From a virus (taxonomy: Duplodnaviria > Heunggongvirae > Uroviricota > Caudoviricetes), in the IMG/VR virus record IMGVR_UViG_2681813201_000019: a stretch of DNA of 43,972 nt; one strand, given 5' to 3'. The notes beneath the pieces were generated by a model. That model did no database searches. It saw nothing but the letters and a program-made list of their open reading frames with translations, and was not told the DNA's origin. This document shows positions 38,308 to 43,972 of the stretch, in pieces. Numbering within the stretch: position 1 is the first letter of the stretch; each line of letters starts with the position of its first letter. Position numbers and translations under genes: made by a program.

Positions 38308-38362
38308 CTGTTGTCTCCTTTTCAGTCAGAGGCGACGCACTGCGCCGCCAGCATATTACTTA

Positions 38363-38875
38363 TCAGCCAAGCCCAAGCGCGGAACGGATGCGATCGGGCA
38401 CAATGTCCTTGCCGTCCTTCCGGTAAATGAAGTTCAGCAGGTCAATCTCCCACAACGGGCGATCGTTAACACTCAGCTTGTAGTAGGTGTTTTTAATGGC
38501 GTAAGTGTGTGATGTGGCTTCGCCCTGTTTGGCTTCCCCCATATCAATTTCCGTCACACGTCCGCGCATTTCGACTTCATACAGGTCGCTTTCTGCATCG
38601 GTGTAGTATTCACCCGCAAAACGCAGCAGCGTGCCGTCAATCGTGCCGCCATACTTAAGGAACAGCTCACGAACTGCGCCCCCCATGACAAAGCTCGCAT
38701 CAAGCGCGGAGTCGTCCAGACCGAGATCAATACTTACCGCACCCATCATGCCACCACCCCGGTAGCTGTCGGTTTTGCGCGTCAGCTTAGGCAGAGTGAC
38801 GGACGTCACCTTACCCACTTCGTTTTCACCATCCACAAACAGCGTAAAAAAGCGAAGATGTTTTGGCACAGCCAT
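38363..38875 (-). CDS. FII: Tail tube protein (gpFII)
   Basis: 170 aa, immediately downstream of the sheath gene. Confidence 0.85.
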   Translation of the reverse strand: MAVPKHLRFFTLFVDGENEVGKVTSVTLPKLTRKTDSYRGGGMMGAVSIDLGLDDSALDASFVMGGAVRELFLKYGGTIDGTLLRFAGEYYTDAESDLYEVEMRGRVTEIDMGEAKQGEATSHTYAIKNTYYKLSVNDRPLWEIDLLNFIYRKDGKDIVPDRIRSALGLG

Positions 38876-40059
38876 CAGGCACCTCCCAGCACCGCAAATG
38901 CGGGTTCAAAGTATTCATCAGTAAACGTCTGGTAAAGCTCCATGTCTTCCAGTGGCGGAACGGGCGTATATTTGTAGCGAATACGCACACGTCCCTGACG
39001 TAAATCCGTGGTGCTGTTATCCACCACGTCATACCAGCACTCCGCGCCAATCAGTTTCCCGGCAGTCACCAGTGAATCCAGTTTTGCCCTGATGGCACTG
39101 ATAACATCCTTCACATTCGCAGGCGTCAGTGGACTGTCGATGGTTTCAAACTGCGCTTCCGCAATTGAATCAGCCAGCACCTGTGCGGTTCGGGTATACA
39201 CCTCAAAGATGTAGGCGTTCGTTTCCGGTGTGCGGTTACCCCAGAAGCGGAACCCGTTGCGACGAATAATGGTCGTGATTTCTTTGTTGTTGAGGCTGTT
39301 GGCATCGCTGTCTTCGGCCTGCAACGACCAGAACACATGCCTGGACATTCCCAGCACATTTTTAACCGGAACGTTGGACAGCGATTTGTGCCAGCCCTGC
39401 TCATGGTCAATGTACGCACGAAGGCCGCACGCATAAGCAGGCGCGGGGAACGTTTCGTTTTTGCCACTTTTCGGGTTGTAGGCGATGAAGTCAGGCCATA
39501 AGAGCATCACCTCACGTTCGTTGAATTTCTGGCGGTAGGTAATCGCCTCAGCCATCGTGTTACAACCATGACATGTGGCATACACAAACGCGCGCAGTTT
39601 ACCTGCAATCACGCACAGGGATTTTGTTACCGCCTCCGTGTCCAGCTCCGGCGCGGCCAGAATACGCGGACGGTATCCGATGCTTTCATCCTGCTCTGCA
39701 ACAAGCAGCGCATACATCCCCGTATAGCTGCCGTCATCCTCAGAACCACCGATAACCAGTTGATCCTGCGTCTTTCCGTCTTCTTCTTTGTGTTCAGCCA
39801 CGCGAACGACGATCACCTTTGTGCTCACCTGGTCTGCGATGGCCTTAAGCGCACGATAAAGCGTCCCCGTTGTTCCGCATTTTCCCAGCACGTCATTGAC
39901 GCGGGTCAGCAGTGTGGGCTTGTTCAGCGGGAACAGCTCCGCGTCCGCATCATCCGCCGTTGCCACGATACCGATAACGCTGGAATCAACATCGTTAATC
40001 GCTGTTACCAGGTCGGTATTTTCCGTAACACGGGCACCATGAAAACGAGTTTCACTCAT
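38875..40059 (-). CDS. FI: Tail sheath protein (gpFI)
   Basis: 394 aa, contractile-tail sheath in size and position. Confidence 0.85.
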   Translation of the reverse strand: MSETRFHGARVTENTDLVTAINDVDSSVIGIVATADDADAELFPLNKPTLLTRVNDVLGKCGTTGTLYRALKAIADQVSTKVIVVRVAEHKEEDGKTQDQLVIGGSEDDGSYTGMYALLVAEQDESIGYRPRILAAPELDTEAVTKSLCVIAGKLRAFVYATCHGCNTMAEAITYRQKFNEREVMLLWPDFIAYNPKSGKNETFPAPAYACGLRAYIDHEQGWHKSLSNVPVKNVLGMSRHVFWSLQAEDSDANSLNNKEITTIIRRNGFRFWGNRTPETNAYIFEVYTRTAQVLADSIAEAQFETIDSPLTPANVKDVISAIRAKLDSLVTAGKLIGAECWYDVVDNSTTDLRQGRVRIRYKYTPVPPLEDMELYQTFTDEYFEPAFAVLGGA

Positions 40060-40216
40060 AGCTTCAGCCCCTTGTATCCGTTAAATGATTCGGCAACAAT
40101 CATCACCCACCACGCGCGTAATCTCACCCCTGCGCCGTTCTCCCGACCCGGCGACAACAAAAAGCAGTAACCCCCTCCGCACACACATGCGACCATGCCG
40201 CACAGGGAGGGAGCAG
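40060..40216. promoter_or_regulatory. Divergent promoter region between FI (leftward) and D (rightward)
   Basis: 157-bp intergenic region separating divergently transcribed late genes; a GGGAGGG Shine-Dalgarno precedes the D start. Confidence 0.35.
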
Positions 40217-41326
40217 ATGACCGACACCACCATGCAATTGCTCAGCCAGGGCACAGACCCCGTAAAAATGCCGGATTTTGATATTCTCGCGGAGGGTAAA
40301 ACGCTGTCCGGCGTGGCAGAGCGCCTGATGAGCCTGTCGCTGACCGACAACCGGGGATTTGAGGCAGACCAGCTCACCATCACGCTGGATGATGCGGATG
40401 GTCAGTTGCAGCTACCGCCACGGGGCGCGCGCCTGACGGTTCTCATTGGCTGGAAAGGCGAACCGCTGACAGAAAAAGGGTCTTACATTGTTGATGAAAT
40501 CGCACACGAAGGACCGCCGGACAGGCTGACTGTTTCAGCCAGAAGCGCAGATTTCCGGGATGAATTTAACGTTAAACGTGAGGTGTCCTGGCATGATGTG
40601 ACCGTTGAGCGTGTGGTATCCGCCATCGCTCATCGGTACGGTCTGAAACCGCAAATCAGCGAAATGCTGATGGATATCGAAATCGACCACGCCGACCAGA
40701 CCGAAGAAAGTGACATGTCCTTCCTTACGCGCATGGCGGAAATGCTGGGCGCAATCACTACGGTAAAAAGCGGTAATCTGTTATTCATCATGCCCGGTGG
40801 TGGCGTGAACGCACAGGGCCAGCCGTTGCCATCGTTCGCCATCACGCGCAGCAGCGGCGATCGCCATCAGTTCCGCATTGCTGACCGCGAGGCGTATACG
40901 GGGGTACGCGCCTACTGGCTTGATCTTAATTACGGGAAAAAGAAAAAAGTCAGCGTGAAACGCCGCAAACCGCCAAAACCGAAAAAAGAGAAAAGCAGCA
41001 GCCGTGAAGGTGATTATATGGAAGGCGCGGAAGGCAATGTGTTTGTGTTACGCAAGACTTATCAGAACGAGCAGGCAGCAAGACGCGCAGCGGCGGCAAA
41101 GTGGCAACAACTACAACGCGGAGCCGCATCATTCTCCATCACGCTGGCACGTGGACGAGCAGAACTCTACCCCGAAATGCATGGCACGGTAACAGGATTT
41201 AAAAGCGAGATTGATAATCAGGACTGGATTATTGCAAAAGCCGAGCACACCATTGATAACAGCGGCTTTACCACGCAGCTTGAGCTTGAGGCAAAAATCC
41301 CGGAATGGATAGCGGAAACAGAGTGA
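40217..41326 (+). CDS. D: Tail protein D (gpD); start at internal ATG (MTDTTMQLL...)
   Basis: About 370 aa, P2 gpD-like, upstream of ogr; the ORF-track start at 40085 lies inside the divergent promoter region. Confidence 0.8.
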   Translation: MTDTTMQLLSQGTDPVKMPDFDILAEGKTLSGVAERLMSLSLTDNRGFEADQLTITLDDADGQLQLPPRGARLTVLIGWKGEPLTEKGSYIVDEIAHEGPPDRLTVSARSADFRDEFNVKREVSWHDVTVERVVSAIAHRYGLKPQISEMLMDIEIDHADQTEESDMSFLTRMAEMLGAITTVKSGNLLFIMPGGGVNAQGQPLPSFAITRSSGDRHQFRIADREAYTGVRAYWLDLNYGKKKKVSVKRRKPPKPKKEKSSSREGDYMEGAEGNVFVLRKTYQNEQAARRAAAAKWQQLQRGAASFSITLARGRAELYPEMHGTVTGFKSEIDNQDWIIAKAEHTIDNSGFTTQLELEAKIPEWIAETE

Positions 41327-41368
41327 GCAACTTAGAATAGCGGCAGCACCACGTTAAAGGAGGTCGCT

Positions 41369-41629
41369 ATGTTCCGTTGTCCGCTTTGTGGCGCATCTGC
41401 CCGTATCCGCACCAGTCGTCCGGAAAATGATTCAAACACCGTGCGGCAAAAGTATTACCAGTGTAACAACCTGGAATGCGGCGTATGCTTCTCAACACTG
41501 GAAGCTTTCCATAAATTCACATCGAAACACGCCTCCGGCGTTCACTCATCAGAAGGTATCCCGTGGCATGAGCTGCCAGCTTCACACAGGGGAAACAATC
41601 AGATGAGTTTGCCTTTACCTCAGAATTAA
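41369..41629 (+). CDS. ogr: Ogr/Delta-family zinc-finger late transcription activator
   Basis: MFRCPLCGASARIRTSR...YYQCNNLECGVCF parallels P2 Ogr (MFHCPLCQHAAHARTSR...YHQCQNVNCSATF). Confidence 0.85.
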   Translation: MFRCPLCGASARIRTSRPENDSNTVRQKYYQCNNLECGVCFSTLEAFHKFTSKHASGVHSSEGIPWHELPASHRGNNQMSLPLPQN

Positions 41630-41818
41630 CAGGCAGAATTGCCGGAGTAACAAAAAAGCGATAGATTACGTGCGGGTGCCTTTCGGCTGATGGTCGGAGG
41701 GAATACCCGAAGGCCGGATGTGGAAAGGCCCCGGAAAACATTTCTGTTTAACCGAGGCCCTAACCCGTCAACCTAGCAAGTGATAGGTTAGCGCCTCTCC
41801 AACAAAGGAGCAAGCGCT

Positions 41819-41959
41819 ATGTCGCAAAAATCGCTTACGGCCATCACGTTCTGCGTGACGGTAATCCTCATCATCTGGATGCTGCACGGTTCGCTGTGTG
41901 AAATACGGATGAGCTTCTGGGGAGCGGAGTTTGCGGCGTTCTTACAGTGTAAGCAGTAA
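41819..41959 (+). CDS. Hok/Gef-family type I toxin (46 aa)
   Basis: MSQKSLTAITFCVTVILIIWMLHGSLCEIRMSFWGAEFAAFLQCKQ has one transmembrane helix and the SLCEIR...AAF signature of Hok; a long structured leader lies upstream and a terminator downstream. Confidence 0.7.
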   Translation: MSQKSLTAITFCVTVILIIWMLHGSLCEIRMSFWGAEFAAFLQCKQ

Positions 41960-42046
41960 GGAAACCGCGACGGGGAGGCAACTCCCCGTCAATCGGTTGC
42001 CAGGGTAAGGCCGATAAGGCACCCTATCTCATAGGCATGAATAACA

Positions 42047-42080
42047 ACCCCGCAGCGTAAAAACTGCGGGGTTTCTTTTT
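42047..42080 (+). terminator. Rho-independent terminator of the hok-like transcript
   Basis: ccccgcagcgtaaaaactgcgggg followed by tttcttttt. Confidence 0.5.
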
Positions 42081-42148
42081 GGAACTCTCACTAGCTAGTG
42101 AGCCGTTAACTGCACATAATGCTCGCACAACAAATCAGTTAAAAGAGA

Positions 42149-42544
42149 TTACTCAGCATTCTCCTGCTTCCATTGCCGGATCATTTCATCGGTAACATCA
42201 CTTTCATAACATACCACGTCATACCCTCCAGTACGGCTATATGCACTGCGTCCACCACATCTACTACCATTCCTTGCATGATTATACGGACACGCACAAT
42301 TGCCTGGATAAGATTCAATGGATTCTTTAATTATTTCTTTCTTGATCTGAGCATCTGACTTTCCTGTTGCTGCATACCCACTAAAAGATACCAAACAAAG
42401 GCAGATTGCCATTAATAAACCACATCGCATACCGATACACTCTATTACTAACCAATCATAGCCCACATCATAAAATCGAGATGAGGAGTACAACACCTTT
42501 AACAAGAAGGTGCCATCACGATAATATGCCGTGCAATTCATCAA
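42149..42544 (-). CDS. Hypothetical Cys-rich secreted protein (start possibly at an internal Met)
   Basis: Signal-peptide-like MRCGLLMAICLCLVSFSGYAA and a Cys-rich region PGNCACPYNHARNGSRCGG; prophage cargo between ogr and attR. Confidence 0.4.
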   Translation of the reverse strand: MMNCTAYYRDGTFLLKVLYSSSRFYDVGYDWLVIECIGMRCGLLMAICLCLVSFSGYAATGKSDAQIKKEIIKESIESYPGNCACPYNHARNGSRCGGRSAYSRTGGYDVVCYESDVTDEMIRQWKQENAE

Positions 42545-42901
42545 AAAAAAGATCTATATCAAAGAGATAGAGTTATTATCAGTGCTGCAGACATCAGCAT
42601 TCGAGGCAGCAGAAAGACAGTAAATCTAACGAATTTGTCTTTTTCTCAAGATGTTGTCAGATTAAAAAAGATAGAGTAGCGCAGACACCTTTTGGTGGAT
42701 GGTAGGAGGAAAAATGAAGTTGAGTGGGAAGATCCCAGAAAAAACTTTGGTTTAACCAAGGCCCTAGTTCAATATGCGAAATGCAGATGAGTTGCAGGAG
42801 AGTTTTGCTTCACCCTTAGAGTTTAAACAGACGTGTACTATCATTATTTCTGCATATCGCCACACCATCGCCACTTTACCGCCATTTAACAAAATACAAA
42901 T

Positions 42902-43025
42902 ACAAAAAAACCACCCGAAGGTGGTTTCACGACACTGCTTATTGCTTTGATTTTATTCTTATCTTTCCCATGGTACCCGGAGCGGGACTTGAACCCGCAC
43001 AGCGCGAACGCCGAGGGATTTTAAA
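42902..43025. repeat. att direct repeat, right copy (overlaps the functional leuZ 3' half and its terminator)
   Basis: Identical to 5703..5826 except for one base in the terminator loop. Confidence 0.85.
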
Positions 43026-43057
43026 TCCCTTGTGTCTACCGATTCCACCATCCGGGC
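42971..43057 (-). tRNA. leuZ: tRNA-Leu (anticodon UAA-type)
   Basis: Minus-strand 87-nt sequence gcccggatggtggaatcggtagacacaagggatttaaaatccctcggcgttcgcgctgtgcgggttcaagtcccgctccgggtacca; last gene of the pgsA-glyW-cysT-leuZ cluster. Confidence 0.95.
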
Positions 43058-43069
43058 TCGGGAAGAAAG

Positions 43070-43143
43070 TGGAGGCGCGTTCCGGAGTCGAACCGGACTA
43101 GACGGATTTGCAATCCGCTACATAACCGCTTTGTTAACGCGCC
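43070..43143 (-). tRNA. cysT: tRNA-Cys (GCA)
   Basis: Minus-strand 74 nt ggcgcgttaacaaagcggttatgtagcggattgcaaatccgtctagtccggttcgactccggaacgcgcctcca. Confidence 0.95.
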
Positions 43144-43196
43144 AAATTCTTCAGGCCTTTCAGCCAGACATCCGCTGACGCCGATGTCTTTTAAAC

Positions 43197-43272
<76 letters not shown>

Positions 43273-43423
43273 ATTCATCAAGCAATCAGTTAATCACTTG
43301 ATTTTATTATCGTCTGGCAATCAGTGCCGCCGTTCGATGCGTTGCATTCTACTTACCTGGCGCGATGAGTCAACGATATTTTTCACCACTTTTGATCGTT
43401 TGCTGAAAATTGCGCCGAAACGA

Positions 43424-43972
43424 TCACTGATCAAGCAAATCTGCACGCGCAGCGCTCAAATATTGCAACATTGACCACAGAGTCAGTACCGCAGCCACAA
43501 AGAAAAGTGCAATACCGGCGTACTCAACCCAAATGTTCGGACGCCACAGCAGCCATGCCAACGCCACCATCTGGGCAGTGGTTTTCACTTTCCCAATCCA
43601 GGAGACAGCCACGCTACTGCGTTTACCCAACTCCGCCATCCATTCGCGTAGCGCAGAAATAATAATTTCACGGGCGATCATCGTTGCCGCCGGTAAGGTC
43701 ACCCACCAGCTGTGGTAATGCTCGGTTACCAGCACCATGGCGATAGCCACGAGAACTTTATCTGCTACAGGGTCAAGGAAAGCACCAAACCGGGTACTCT
43801 GGTTCCAGCGGCGTGCCAGAAAACCATCGAACCAGTCAGTCACCGCCGCGACGCAGAAAATGAGCGCGGCGGCAAACGGCGACCAGGTGACAGGCAGATA
43901 AAAGACCAATACAAAGAATGGGATAAGGATGACACGGAACAGTGTAAGCAACGTAGGGATATTAAATTGCAT
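43424..43972 (-). CDS. pgsA: CDP-diacylglycerol--glycerol-3-phosphate 3-phosphatidyltransferase
   Basis: 182 aa; [27 protein letters not shown]...[10 protein letters not shown]... matches the CDP-alcohol phosphatidyltransferase PgsA; lies upstream of glyW-cysT-leuZ as in E. coli. Confidence 0.95.

Larger units (their letters stand above)
5827..42901. mobile_element. P2-like prophage (about 37 kb) integrated into leuZ
   Basis: Bounded by the 124-bp direct repeats; near-complete P2 gene set: int, repressor, cox-like, A, Q, P, O, N, M, L, X, lysis, R, S, V, W, J, I, H, G, U, T, E, FII, FI, D, ogr. Confidence 0.9.

Overview
Window from an Escherichia/Shigella-type chromosome at the pgsA-glyW-cysT-leuZ locus (all on the minus strand at the right edge), carrying two tandem integrated elements at the 3' end of tRNA-Leu (leuZ). 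(1) 1..5702: right-hand end of a pipolin-like element with a tyrosine recombinase (cut by the window start), a hypothetical gene, an 851-aa family-B DNA polymerase with piPolB-like motifs, an N-terminal remnant of a P4-type integrase, and a UDG-like gene. (2) 5703..5826 and 42902..43025: 124-bp direct repeats (1 mismatch), each comprising the 3' 55 nt of leuZ plus 69 bp of its downstream terminator region. (3) 5827..42901: a ~37-kb P2-like prophage with int, HTH repressor, Cox-like gene, gpA-like replication initiator, then a cargo island in the classical P2 tin/old position (ParM/ParR-like partition pair, a ClpX zinc-binding-domain-only protein and four small unknown genes), followed by Q P | O N M L X, holin / M15 endolysin / overlapping spanins, R S V W J I H G, a Gin-like invertase with an invertible tail-fibre segment, a leftward U-T-E/E'-FII-FI block, rightward D and ogr, and a hok-like toxin cargo next to attR. 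No CRISPR array, rRNA or IS transposase was found. All calls rest on motif and homology recognition by eye; CDS coordinates come from the supplied ORF track, while coordinates of non-ORF features read from the sequence text should be treated as +/-2 bp.
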